DNA of 54,574 bases from Candidatus Curtissbacteria bacterium RIFCSPLOWO2_12_FULL_41_16 (GTDB lineage: Bacteria; Patescibacteriota; Microgenomatia; Curtissbacterales; GWA2-41-24): positions 1-54,574 of the forward strand of contig MFBZ01000020.1 in assembly GCA_001776545.1 (NCBI GenBank), read 5' to 3'. This document shows positions 1 to 8,518 of the stretch, piece by piece (the first letter of the stretch is position 1; each line of letters opens with the position of its first letter). Under the pieces are notes generated by a model. The model searched no databases, was not told where the DNA came from, and worked only from the letters and a program-made list of their open reading frames with translations. Position numbers and translations under genes: made by a program.

Positions 1-2
1 TA

Positions 3-1199
3 ATTGCTTTCAAAGATCCGCTAAAATCTTCTGTCATCGTCACTCACAGAATAACCGGCCAAAAAATCCAAAACGACCAAATACTCTACCAAACAAAAGG
101 CGATACCAATGAAGAAGCAGATTTTTCTTTAGTCCCTAAAGAAAACGTAATCGGCAGGGCAGACATTTCCATAAGGGGAGTGGGTAAACTGCTTGCTTTT
201 ACCAAAACTAGGGATGGCTTTTTGGCGTTGGCGATTGGCCCGGCGATTTTGGTAATTTTGTTGGAAATTAACAATATTATAAAGGAAGTAAGAAAAGGCA
301 AAAAATCTTCTGCTGTCATTCCCGCGAAAGCGGGAATCCAGATCGCAAATCTTGTTCAGGATGACATCAGAAGAGTTCAGCATGACATAAGGACAGACTT
401 GAAAAAAGTAAAAAGCCTTTACGAACACTACGGCAAACCCATGGGTCTTCCGCACCCCAACGCCAGTTTCAGGAGCCTTTTCTATATTATTCTTCGAGCG
501 AAGTCGAGAAGTCACCTTAAAAATTACTATAATTTTAGTGGCAAGTTCTCAACAAGTTCGAACAATACGTCAATTATCTGCCGGTCCATTTTCCCTATTA
601 TGGCAGCCTTTTTACTAATCGGCAACACCTTCTCCTTTTTCTCCGATACCGAAACTTCAACAGGCAACACCTTCCAAGCATCAGAAACTTTCCCTCACGT
701 TGTGATTAACGAGGTCTATTATAATCCTGAAGATCCTCATAGATTACCAGGACATACAGAAGAAAAATCAGAGTGGGTAGAACTTTATAACCCCACCTCC
801 CAAGCAATAAGTTTGGCTGGTTGGTCAATAACTGACAATCATGAGTGTGATGTTTTGCCGGGAAGTCCTTCCATCCCAGCGAATAGTTTCGCTATTCTCT
901 CACCAGCTACCGAAGTAGAATTGAGGAGCGTTTGGACAATACCATCAGGCATTCTTTTTGTCGCCAACTCAGACAGCAAAATTGGTAACGGATTAAGGAA
1001 TAACGGAGATAGGTTAACTCTCAAAAGTGGCGGATGCGATGGATCCACAGTGGACCAGATGAGTTATGGTGATGATCCATACTTTTTCACACTTACCCCA
1101 GTACACTCAGATCATTCTTGGGAACGTAATCCTGATGGAATTGATACTAACACAGCCGCCGATTTTGTAGATAGAACAACACCGACGCCAGGAACTTGA
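3..1199 (+). CDS. sipW: Signal peptidase I (SipW/archaeal-ER type S26B), 5'-truncated by the window edge, fused to a SipW-type signal peptide and a lamin-tail domain (LTD)
   Basis: The frame of ORF 180..1199 is open back to base 3 and reads IAFKDPLKSSVIVTHRI...YQTKGDTNEEAD...ENVIG (S26B THR and KGD-N-D boxes). A TM helix and linker follow, then a hydrophobic segment ending in TFSFFSDTETSTGNTFQA (SipW-cognate motif) and an LTD (VVINEVYYNP...EWVELYNPT...PTPG). Confidence 0.85.
   Translation: MAFKDPLKSSVIVTHRITGQKIQNDQILYQTKGDTNEEADFSLVPKENVIGRADISIRGVGKLLAFTKTRDGFLALAIGPAILVILLEINNIIKEVRKGKKSSAVIPAKAGIQIANLVQDDIRRVQHDIRTDLKKVKSLYEHYGKPMGLPHPNASFRSLFYIILRAKSRSHLKNYYNFSGKFSTSSNNTSIICRSIFPIMAAFLLIGNTFSFFSDTETSTGNTFQASETFPHVVINEVYYNPEDPHRLPGHTEEKSEWVELYNPTSQAISLAGWSITDNHECDVLPGSPSIPANSFAILSPATEVELRSVWTIPSGILFVANSDSKIGNGLRNNGDRLTLKSGGCDGSTVDQMSYGDDPYFFTLTPVHSDHSWERNPDGIDTNTAADFVDRTTPTPGT
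314..387. repeat. REP-like palindrome TGTCATTCCCGCGAAAGCGGGAATCCAG plus two GTTCAG(G/C)ATGACA copies, in frame inside sipW
   Basis: Hairpin ATTCCCGC-GAAA-GCGGGAAT (translated VIPAKAGIQ). 13-nt repeats at 354-366 and 375-387 (12/13 identical). Confidence 0.75.
491..566. repeat. Two-armed REP-like element, copy 1 (TCTTCGAGCGAAGTCGAGAA ... AAGTTCTCAACAAGTTCGAACAAT)
   Basis: Arms are partly complementary; a second copy lies at 35038-35121. Confidence 0.7.
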
Positions 1200-1206
1200 T
1201 TTTGTG

Positions 1207-1253
1207 GAGGTCCGACCTCTGAAAAAACTTAAATCTTTTGGAGGTCGGACCTC
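1207..1253. repeat. REP doublet (REPIN-like): GAGGTCCGACCTC - 21 nt - GAGGTCGGACCTC
   Basis: Two 13-nt hairpins that are exact reverse complements of each other; intergenic. Confidence 0.8.
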
Positions 1254-1269
1254 AGAAAAGAAACAGGTT

Positions 1270-2598
1270 ATGAAAACTAAATTAAAATTCAGAATAGTAA
1301 AGATTTTTGTAATAGGAATCGTTACTGCCTTAATCTTTAATCTCGCCTCGCCTAATTTTCTTGAGAATTCCACTATCGGGGCAAATGGTGATTTGGATGT
1401 TGTCTGGGATGGGGTACCGGACGGCAGTCCCATTTTTGTGGTCAATAACATGTTGCCCGGTGACATGGAAGACCGAGATGTCTTTGTCACCAATGGTGGC
1501 ACCGTTGCCAGATTTGTTTCAGTTAATGGTGTCCGAACCGGTCCTGAAGGTGAAAGTGATCCGAAACTGGAAACAGTACTTGATATGGTAATCTCCAATG
1601 GTGTAGTTGATCTTTACGGCGGCACGAGTGCGGGCGGAGCAAAAACAGTGCAGGACTTTTTTGATGACAGTTTAGATCCGAACGGCATTTTACTTTCGAT
1701 TCTGAATCCAGGTGACACAACAACTTACAATTTTAAAGTCACTTTCCCGGAATCTGCCGGCAACGAATTTCAGGCAAAAAGCGTAATCTTTGACATCATA
1801 ATCGGAGTTGTAATCAGCAACAATATCGTTATTAACGAAGTTTATTACGAGGTCGATTCAGGCCATGGCGTAGATTCACCAAAAGACAGGGGAGTCGGGC
1901 AGGGTGCATCAATTATCATCCAAGGCAATGGCGCCGGCTCGGTTAATAGCGCGGTTATTGACATCGAGAACAGTTGTACGATTATTCAAAACAACAACGC
2001 CCAAGTCAATAATAATGTAGGAATCAACGTCAATACCGGCAACAACTCCTCATCGGGAAATACCGGCGGCAATTCCAAAATCAAATCGGGTAATGCTAAT
2101 GTCAATATCAATATCAACAATAATGTCAATCAAAACAATTCTGCCGGCTGTCTCAAAAAACCCGTCCAAAATCACGAATGGATCGAGCTTTTCAATCCCA
2201 CGGATCAGGAAGTTTCTCTTAAAAACTGGACCATTACCGATAGCTCCGGTATTTCGCGAAAAATTCCCGGCAACCGCAAATTAAAACCAAATCAATTTGC
2301 CTTAATTTCGCGCGATAATTCAACTTGGCGGTTCTGGAATGAAGATCCGGATGCCCTCAAAATTCCACTTGGTAAGCAAATCGGTGATGGGTTGGATAAT
2401 GCCGGTGACAGATTAATCCTTAGGGATGCGTCCGGGTCGACAGTCGATCAGCTAAGTTATGGTGGTGACACTTCTATTTTTGACCCTTCCGTCCCGCTTG
2501 TTACGCTTGGTGCTTCATTTGAAAGATTAGTTCCCGGCTTTGACACCGATGCCGCTTCTGATTTTGAAGAACGCAACCCCCCAACTCCCGGAAACTGA
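1270..2598 (+). CDS. Secreted TasA/CalY-like + lamin-tail-domain protein with Asn/Gly-rich insert
   Basis: ATG at 1270 gives a basic-hydrophobic signal (MKTKLKFRIVKIFVIGIVTALIF). NNMLPGDMEDRDVFVTN...FPESAGNEFQAKSVIFDI resembles TasA/camelysin domains. LTD motifs INEVYY, EWIELFNPT, PTPG. Confidence 0.65.
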   Translation: MKTKLKFRIVKIFVIGIVTALIFNLASPNFLENSTIGANGDLDVVWDGVPDGSPIFVVNNMLPGDMEDRDVFVTNGGTVARFVSVNGVRTGPEGESDPKLETVLDMVISNGVVDLYGGTSAGGAKTVQDFFDDSLDPNGILLSILNPGDTTTYNFKVTFPESAGNEFQAKSVIFDIIIGVVISNNIVINEVYYEVDSGHGVDSPKDRGVGQGASIIIQGNGAGSVNSAVIDIENSCTIIQNNNAQVNNNVGINVNTGNNSSSGNTGGNSKIKSGNANVNININNNVNQNNSAGCLKKPVQNHEWIELFNPTDQEVSLKNWTITDSSGISRKIPGNRKLKPNQFALISRDNSTWRFWNEDPDALKIPLGKQIGDGLDNAGDRLILRDASGSTVDQLSYGGDTSIFDPSVPLVTLGASFERLVPGFDTDAASDFEERNPPTPGN

Positions 2599-2604
2599 CC
2601 GCCC

Positions 2605-5217
2605 ATGAACCGTCTGATTGTTTTTCGACATCTTGACTCAAAATTTTTCATATGGTTTGTAAAATATACGTTGAAAATTGCCTATCTAACTTTAACTATC
2701 CTAATAGGTCTATCACTTGTCAAAAACGCTAATGCCCAAAGTAATAATTTCGTCCCAATATCTTTGGCACCTATTGCCGCCAGGTCCCTTGCCGAACTAT
2801 ACTATGATTTTCCAACAGGCAATGTTACCTTCTTGGATATTCCATTTACAATTCCCCCCATATACAACATGGTAGCCTCAAACCCTAATTCTCCGGGTTT
2901 AGGAACATTTACTTTTGAAGCCAATGTACAGACACCAAAATCAGCCTATTTCCTAATTAACTCTTTCAACACAGCCTATTATTTTGATGGGGAAAAATTG
3001 GGAGAAATCGTATTTGATTTTACGGACGGGTCAAATCAGACCATAGATCTGGTTGTTGGACAAAATATCAGAGAATGGCGCCAGGCCAACGATTCCCTAA
3101 TCACCGTCAATTGGGTGACAGACCCCAACTCACAGCCAGTTTTTAACGGAGCAACTCCACACGGGAGGGGTCCGGCCATACTCGATATGCTTAAAATTAA
3201 TGTCCCCCAAAATATGCAGGGCAAAACCTTATCCCAAATAACGGTCTCCGACCAGCACATCGACAACCCCGGCCTTTTCTTTGTCGGAATTACAGTAGAT
3301 GCTTCCGGTTCAGCTCCTTCACCAAGCCCCTCCCCATCACCATCGCCTTCACCCACCCCATCTCCGACCCCAACCCCCTTTTTGGACCTGCCGTGGGATT
3401 ATGAGGGGAAGGGGTTGAGTTTTGAGCAAGCCGCCTTAAACCCACATTCATGGTTTGATCACAAATATCCCTTGCAGAATGTAGCTTGTTGTGTCGAAAA
3501 AGTCTTTTACTTTAGGGGTAAAGAAATTGACGATTTTTATCGCTCACATAACGGTTATGATTATGCATCAAAAAATGGTATTGTTCTGGACACGCCTGTC
3601 TTAGCAGCCGCTTCTGGTTGGGCAACATTTAAATCCTGGCAAAACAGCAATGGAGCGGGCAATGTTATTAAGATAGATCATGAAAATGGTTATCAAACAT
3701 GGTATGAACATCTAGCAAGTGATGGCTTGATAGTTTCAGCCGAAGGCCAAAAAATACATGTAAATAAAGGCCAGCCTATCGGCAAAGTAGGTATGACCGG
3801 CAATACCACTGGTCCTCATATCCATTTTTCTGTTGTTAAAAACATGAATGGCAACAGGTCATTTGACGATGACTATCCATATGGAGTAAACGATCCGCTA
3901 GGATGGGAAGGTACTGATCCAGACCCGTGGCCAGCCGATAAAAATGGCGCTCCAAGTTATAACCTGTTTATTGCCAGAGCTGCTCCTCAAACTATTGCCA
4001 TTAACCAAGGAGGGGGTAGTTTTACCCTCAACAACCTTGAAGTAACCGTTCCACCAGACACCGTCACTGCTCTTTCCAAACTAACTAATAAATGGGGTCC
4101 ATTTGAATCAATCTCCGATTCCATAAAAAGTATTATCCCGTCATTCTTTCTTGATTTTACCGATAATCTTGGCCAAAAGGTTACGCAGTTCACCAAACCC
4201 GTCCAAATATCCTATGATTATTCCAACGCAGATTTATCAAACATTAACGAAGATAGCCTCAAACTTTATTCTTTCAATGAAGAAACCCAACAATGGGATC
4301 CAATCCCTACAATTCTGGATAAAATCAACAATATTGCCTCAGGAGAAACGCTTCATTTTTCGCAGTTTGCTTTAATGGGTGAGGCGAAAGACCTGGTAGC
4401 GCCGACAACAGAAGTCATAATCAACAGCGATGAAGGCCAGGACAACTGGTACAGATCAAATGTTATAGTCAAGTTGAATGGGAAGGATAACGATGGGGGA
4501 ATCGGGCTTCAATACACTCTTTACACATTAAATGACAATGACTGGTTTGAATATGAAGAACCTTTAATTTTTGAACAGGAAGGATCATATAAAATCATCT
4601 ATCAATCATTCGATAAAGCGGAAAACAAAGAAGACCGTAAAACGATTGAATTTAGTATCGACAAAACTGCCCCAATAGTTGGCGCCAGCACAGATCGTCT
4701 ATCGGACAATAATAACTGGTACAACCATCCGGTTACGATTTCCTTTACAGGATTTGATACGGGCTCCGGAATAGATTCCTGTGTCAACCCGATTATTTAC
4801 AGTGGTCCCGACGACATCAACGCTCAAGTGTCAGGAACCTGTGCTGACAAAGCTGGCAATATTGGCTCCGCATCATTTAATTTTCAGTATGATGCGACTC
4901 CGCCGGAAGTTTACATTGACGCAGACCCAAAATACATCTGGCCTCCCAATGGTAAAATGGTGAATGTTCAAATAAGAGGTAGCGTCAAAGATGATTATCT
5001 AAAAGACACCCAATTTACTGTAGAAGATGAGTATGATCAGATTGAACCGGCAATCACCGATTTTGGACAAATAGTCAAACTTGAAGCTGGAAGAGATGGT
5101 AGTGATCTGGATGGAAGAGTGTATATAATTAAAGTAGTTGCGGAAGACTTAGCGGGGAATAAAAAAGATTCGCAGGTACAAGTAGTCGTCCCTCATGATC
5201 AGAGAGATAAAAAATAA
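2605..5217 (+). CDS. Secreted M23-family peptidase with Pro/Ser/Thr linker and C-terminal Ig-like repeats
   Basis: Signal ending NANAQ; PSPSPSPSPSPTPSPTPTP linker; M23 zinc motifs HNGYD and GNTTGPHIHF; repeated D..AP / NWY / DKAGN Ig-like units; terminal WPPNGKM module. Confidence 0.8.
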   Translation: MNRLIVFRHLDSKFFIWFVKYTLKIAYLTLTILIGLSLVKNANAQSNNFVPISLAPIAARSLAELYYDFPTGNVTFLDIPFTIPPIYNMVASNPNSPGLGTFTFEANVQTPKSAYFLINSFNTAYYFDGEKLGEIVFDFTDGSNQTIDLVVGQNIREWRQANDSLITVNWVTDPNSQPVFNGATPHGRGPAILDMLKINVPQNMQGKTLSQITVSDQHIDNPGLFFVGITVDASGSAPSPSPSPSPSPSPTPSPTPTPFLDLPWDYEGKGLSFEQAALNPHSWFDHKYPLQNVACCVEKVFYFRGKEIDDFYRSHNGYDYASKNGIVLDTPVLAAASGWATFKSWQNSNGAGNVIKIDHENGYQTWYEHLASDGLIVSAEGQKIHVNKGQPIGKVGMTGNTTGPHIHFSVVKNMNGNRSFDDDYPYGVNDPLGWEGTDPDPWPADKNGAPSYNLFIARAAPQTIAINQGGGSFTLNNLEVTVPPDTVTALSKLTNKWGPFESISDSIKSIIPSFFLDFTDNLGQKVTQFTKPVQISYDYSNADLSNINEDSLKLYSFNEETQQWDPIPTILDKINNIASGETLHFSQFALMGEAKDLVAPTTEVIINSDEGQDNWYRSNVIVKLNGKDNDGGIGLQYTLYTLNDNDWFEYEEPLIFEQEGSYKIIYQSFDKAENKEDRKTIEFSIDKTAPIVGASTDRLSDNNNWYNHPVTISFTGFDTGSGIDSCVNPIIYSGPDDINAQVSGTCADKAGNIGSASFNFQYDATPPEVYIDADPKYIWPPNGKMVNVQIRGSVKDDYLKDTQFTVEDEYDQIEPAITDFGQIVKLEAGRDGSDLDGRVYIIKVVAEDLAGNKKDSQVQVVVPHDQRDKK

Positions 5218-5819
5218 TGAATAAAAAGGGAAATACCTCAATAATTCTGATAATCATTGCAGTCTTAACAATAGGCATATTATTTTACTTCAAAATAAAC
5301 AAAGGAACCTTTATGCAGTTAAAACAAAATCCCGTCCCAACTGTTCAGCCGTCCGAACAAAAAAAGATTATTAGGGAAGACCAACTAAAATCATATACCA
5401 GCCAAGATCTCAAAATTTCATTTCGGTATCAGAATGGATGGTATATAGAGGAAGAATATCCATTTGTACTAATTTCAAATTTTGAAAGTAGCCTTCATAG
5501 AAATATAGACCTTCAAAATAACCAGGTAGAGATTATGATTAAAGAATTTTCTGGCTGCTTCCAGACACTAGAGGAAGATTTGATTGATCCCGCTTGTGGG
5601 CAAGGCAAAGTTAAAAATAAGATTATCTCAAAAGACGTAAGGCAAACACCTGGTGGGGAATTTCTCAAATATACACTTGAATCATATGACGAAAATCAAC
5701 GAACCCAATATTTTTTCCGCAAAGGTGACAAAATTTTAGATATCGAAAAACACCCCGACCCATCACAATTTGAAAAAGAATTTGAAGATCTAGTAAATTC
5801 AATCCAATTTTTACCTTGA
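5217..5819 (+). CDS. Membrane-anchored hypothetical protein (possibly PsbP/Mog1-like fold)
   Basis: N-terminal TM helix; YTSQDLKISFRYQNGW and C-terminal FEDLVNSIQF patterns; start overlaps the upstream stop (TAATG). Confidence 0.6.
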   Translation: MNKKGNTSIILIIIAVLTIGILFYFKINKGTFMQLKQNPVPTVQPSEQKKIIREDQLKSYTSQDLKISFRYQNGWYIEEEYPFVLISNFESSLHRNIDLQNNQVEIMIKEFSGCFQTLEEDLIDPACGQGKVKNKIISKDVRQTPGGEFLKYTLESYDENQRTQYFFRKGDKILDIEKHPDPSQFEKEFEDLVNSIQFLP

Positions 5820-5949
5820 CCAAATCGCCCGATCCTTCCGCTACACTCCATAGAAATCTATATCACATATCCGCATATAAGCATACTTATTAATCATACA
5901 AACTTATTAATCCATACATATTAATTAACTAAAACTGTACCTTATAATT

Positions 5950-5979
5950 TTACTCTAATGATCTAGATCAATAGAGTAA
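5950..5979. repeat. 30-bp near-perfect palindrome TTACTCTAATGATCTAGATCAATAGAGTAA just downstream of the TrpR-like gene
   Basis: Self-complementary except for one A/A pair; 2 nt from the stop codon at 5982-5984. Confidence 0.9.
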
Positions 5980-5981
5980 GG

Positions 5982-6419
5982 TCAGACTAACGTTTTCTTT
6001 TTATGACCGAGTTTATATTTCACAGCTTCTTCTGGCAAAAATACCTTTCCGGGTGAACTCAATCTGTAGAGTAGATTTTCTATTTCTTGCCAAAATTGTT
6101 TTCCAGCTTCGGTCCTGATCAATTTGTTTATGGCCAATTGATAGCCCTTATTCATTTTCAGTATTAGCGAAATCTTTGCCACCGTCTCAGTCGACACCTT
6201 TAGAAAATCTTTTATTGTCTCATAACTATTGCCTTTTAACAGTAGAGCTGCAATAGCTAGTCTTTTAGCGATCATCACGCGTTCGATAGGCGAAAGTAAA
6301 TCGTTTAAGAAAATCTGGACATCATCCTTATCGCGAACTTGCGAAATCGCCTCCCAAAGAGTTTCAAACATCTGCTGTTCTACCTGTTTAAGTAAAATCC
6401 TTCGCGAAATCTGTGTCAC
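5982..6419 (-). CDS. TrpR-like YerC/YecD family HTH protein
   Basis: FLNDLLSPIERVMIAKRLAIAALLLKGNSYETIKDFLKVSTETVAKIS matches the TrpR/YerC pattern (DLLT..E...R......L..G.SY..I......S..TV.R). Confidence 0.85.
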   Translation of the reverse strand: MTQISRRILLKQVEQQMFETLWEAISQVRDKDDVQIFLNDLLSPIERVMIAKRLAIAALLLKGNSYETIKDFLKVSTETVAKISLILKMNKGYQLAINKLIRTEAGKQFWQEIENLLYRLSSPGKVFLPEEAVKYKLGHKKKTLV

Positions 6420-6445
6420 TCTAATTATCTAGATTAATAGAGTAA
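6416..6445. repeat. Second, more degenerate palindrome copy TCACTCTAATTATCTAGATTAATAGAGTAA overlapping the GTG start and promoter
   Basis: 27/30 identical to 5950-5979. A minus-strand TTGACA lies at 6455-6460. Confidence 0.9.
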
Positions 6446-6515
6446 CCGGAATTCTGTCAAGAAGATACCGATCAATGAAAATAAGCGGATTTGTTCGATT
6501 AAATAATGTTAATCT

Positions 6516-6755
6516 GTGTCAGAGGTCATAAGACACCCGCCTCTCGACTTCGATCAAACCCTTGATGATTATAGAAAAGTTTGCCTCCAGAATCTCGCTG
6601 TTGATATAATTAACCCAGTGTTTTTAGCTAAATTTAGATCTGTCGCTTCAATTTCGATCCCAAATTTCGAAGAAATTTGGAAAGGAGAAGTGCGAGTGCG
6701 TTCAGAGTCTGCCGGTTGGCAGACTATCAAAAGCACGAGCCATTTCGACGCATGA
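6516..6755 (+). CDS. Small hypothetical protein translationally coupled to rmlA
   Basis: 79-codon ORF whose TGA overlaps the rmlA ATG (ATGA at 6752-6755); no recognisable motif. Confidence 0.4.
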   Translation: MSEVIRHPPLDFDQTLDDYRKVCLQNLAVDIINPVFLAKFRSVASISIPNFEEIWKGEVRVRSESAGWQTIKSTSHFDA

Positions 6756-7483
6756 AAGGTGTAATTTTAGCCGGCGGTAACGCCACGCGCCTTAGACCCC
6801 TCACCTGGGTTACCAATAAGCACCTTTTGCCCATTTACAACAAGCCAATGATTTTTTATCCTCTGGAGGCTATGTCTCGTGCCGGCATTAGTGATGTTTT
6901 AGTAATTACCGGTCCAAATCATTCTGGCAGCTTTATTAATCTCCTGCGGTCCGGTAAAGATTTTGGGCTAAGGCTTTCCTACGAGATTCAGGAAGAAGCC
7001 GGTGGCATTGCTCAGGCAATCGGGCTTGCCGGCGAATTTGCGGATAATGAAAAAATTCTCGTTATCCTCGGGGATAACATATTCAACCAATCTCTCAAGA
7101 GAGATGTTGAGGAGTTTGAAAAAAAGGAAAAAGGCGCGGTTGTTTATGGTAAACGCATGGCAACCAAAAGTAAGCAATATGGGGTAATCGAGGTTAAAAA
7201 CAGTAAAGTTATCTCAATAGAAGAAAAACCGGAAAAACCGAAATCCGACATCGGCCAAACAGGAATTTATATGTACGACCATAGAGTTTTTAATTTAATT
7301 AGAAAGTTAAAACCCTCCACAAGAGGCGAACTCGAAGTTACCGACCTTAACAATTTTTACGTTAAGGAAGGAACAATGATTTGTAAAATATTAACTTCCT
7401 GGTGGGTGGACGCGGGAACGTCTTTTGATGAACTCTTGCGCGCCAACGTTCTGGTTGCTAAAGAAATCAGCAAAGAAAAATGA
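6752..7483 (+). CDS. rmlA: Glucose-1-phosphate thymidylyltransferase (short, SpsI/archaeal-like)
   Basis: MKGVILAGGNATRLRPLT...NKHLLPIYNKPMI, EEKP, RGELEVTD, WWVDAGT; first gene of the rml cluster. Confidence 0.9.
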   Translation: MKGVILAGGNATRLRPLTWVTNKHLLPIYNKPMIFYPLEAMSRAGISDVLVITGPNHSGSFINLLRSGKDFGLRLSYEIQEEAGGIAQAIGLAGEFADNEKILVILGDNIFNQSLKRDVEEFEKKEKGAVVYGKRMATKSKQYGVIEVKNSKVISIEEKPEKPKSDIGQTGIYMYDHRVFNLIRKLKPSTRGELEVTDLNNFYVKEGTMICKILTSWWVDAGTSFDELLRANVLVAKEISKEK

Positions 7484-8490
7484 GAATTCTTGTCACGGGT
7501 GGCGCCGGTTTCATTGGCTCCAACTTTATACATTATTGGCTTCAAAATCATTCGTCTGATCAAATAGTCAACTTCGATAAACTAACCTACGCGGGCAATC
7601 TGGAAAATTTGAAAAATATCCGGAATAATGAAAACTATACTTTCGTAAAAGGTGATATCGCCAGTTCCAAGGATGTCACTCAAGCAATGAAAGGTATAGA
7701 TATAGTTATCAATTTTGCCGCCGAGACTCATGTTGACAGGTCCATTCTTGATCCGGCACCATTTGTCATAACCAACGTGGTCGGCACTCAGGTTTTACTT
7801 GACGCCGCGGCAAAAGCAAAGATCAAACATTTCCATCATGTCTCAACCGATGAAGTTTTCGGCGCGCTTGATTTGGCATCCAGGCAAAAGTTTAGCGAGG
7901 AAACGAACTATAATCCCAGAAGTCCTTATGCCGCTACTAAGGCCGCCTCCGATCATCTTGTTCGTGCTTATTTTGCCACCTACAATCTGCCCGTCACCAT
8001 TAGCAATTGTTCCAATAATTTCGGGCCCTATCAATTTCCTGAAAAATTAATTTCACTTTCGATCACCAATTTACTTGAAGGCAAAAAAGTACCCGTTTAC
8101 GGTGACGGTTTATACGTTCGCGACTGGCTCTATGTAGAAGACCACGCGAGCGCCATTGATCTTGTTTTACAAAAAGGCAAAATAGGCGAAACTTATTGTA
8201 TTGGTCAAGACAACGATATCGCGAACATCGAGGTTATTAAAAAAATATTGGCGATTTTGGCCAAAGGCGAGTCGATGATCGAATACGTCAAAGACCGTCC
8301 GGGGCATGATCGGCGTTATGCCATGGATGCTACCCGTATTAAAAAAGAACTTGGTTGGCATGCTAAATATGATTTTGACATGGCTCTTGAGCTGACCATT
8401 AAATGGTATCAACAAAACACAAAGTGGTGGAAAAAGTTAAAGGACAGGAAATTTGAAGAATATTATGAAGAGCAGTATGTTAAAAGATAA
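7480..8490 (+). CDS. rmlB: dTDP-glucose 4,6-dehydratase
   Basis: GGAGFIGSNF, DKLTYAGN, FAAETHVDRSI, HVSTDEVFG, YAATK, DRPGHDRRY. Confidence 0.95.
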   Translation: MRILVTGGAGFIGSNFIHYWLQNHSSDQIVNFDKLTYAGNLENLKNIRNNENYTFVKGDIASSKDVTQAMKGIDIVINFAAETHVDRSILDPAPFVITNVVGTQVLLDAAAKAKIKHFHHVSTDEVFGALDLASRQKFSEETNYNPRSPYAATKAASDHLVRAYFATYNLPVTISNCSNNFGPYQFPEKLISLSITNLLEGKKVPVYGDGLYVRDWLYVEDHASAIDLVLQKGKIGETYCIGQDNDIANIEVIKKILAILAKGESMIEYVKDRPGHDRRYAMDATRIKKELGWHAKYDFDMALELTIKWYQQNTKWWKKLKDRKFEEYYEEQYVKR

Positions 8491-8518
8491 TTTCAAATTT
8501 CAAATTTAAAATTATTCA

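Noticed and set aside
86-515. Minus-strand ORFs 86-319 and 129-515, and the many other short overlapping ORFs in the track
   Set aside because: They are shadows of well-supported genes on another frame or strand, with no motifs.
180-1199. ORF-track start at 180 as an independent gene
   Set aside because: The frame is open to the window edge and carries signal peptidase motifs upstream of 180.
3310-3378. DNA-level repeat element in the C-rich tract
   Set aside because: Explained by a Pro/Ser/Thr protein linker with varied codons.
5816-5945. Promoter plus small RNA in the AT-rich gap after 5819
   Set aside because: TTGACC-TACACT spacing is 20 nt, and the downstream sequence is low-complexity with no convincing structure.
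6677-6751. N-terminal extensions from upstream TTG/GTG starts (rmlA; likewise 1204, 14470, 21679, 43848, 52628)
   Set aside because: Family homology begins at a downstream ATG, in most cases coupled to the previous stop or placed just after a -10 box.
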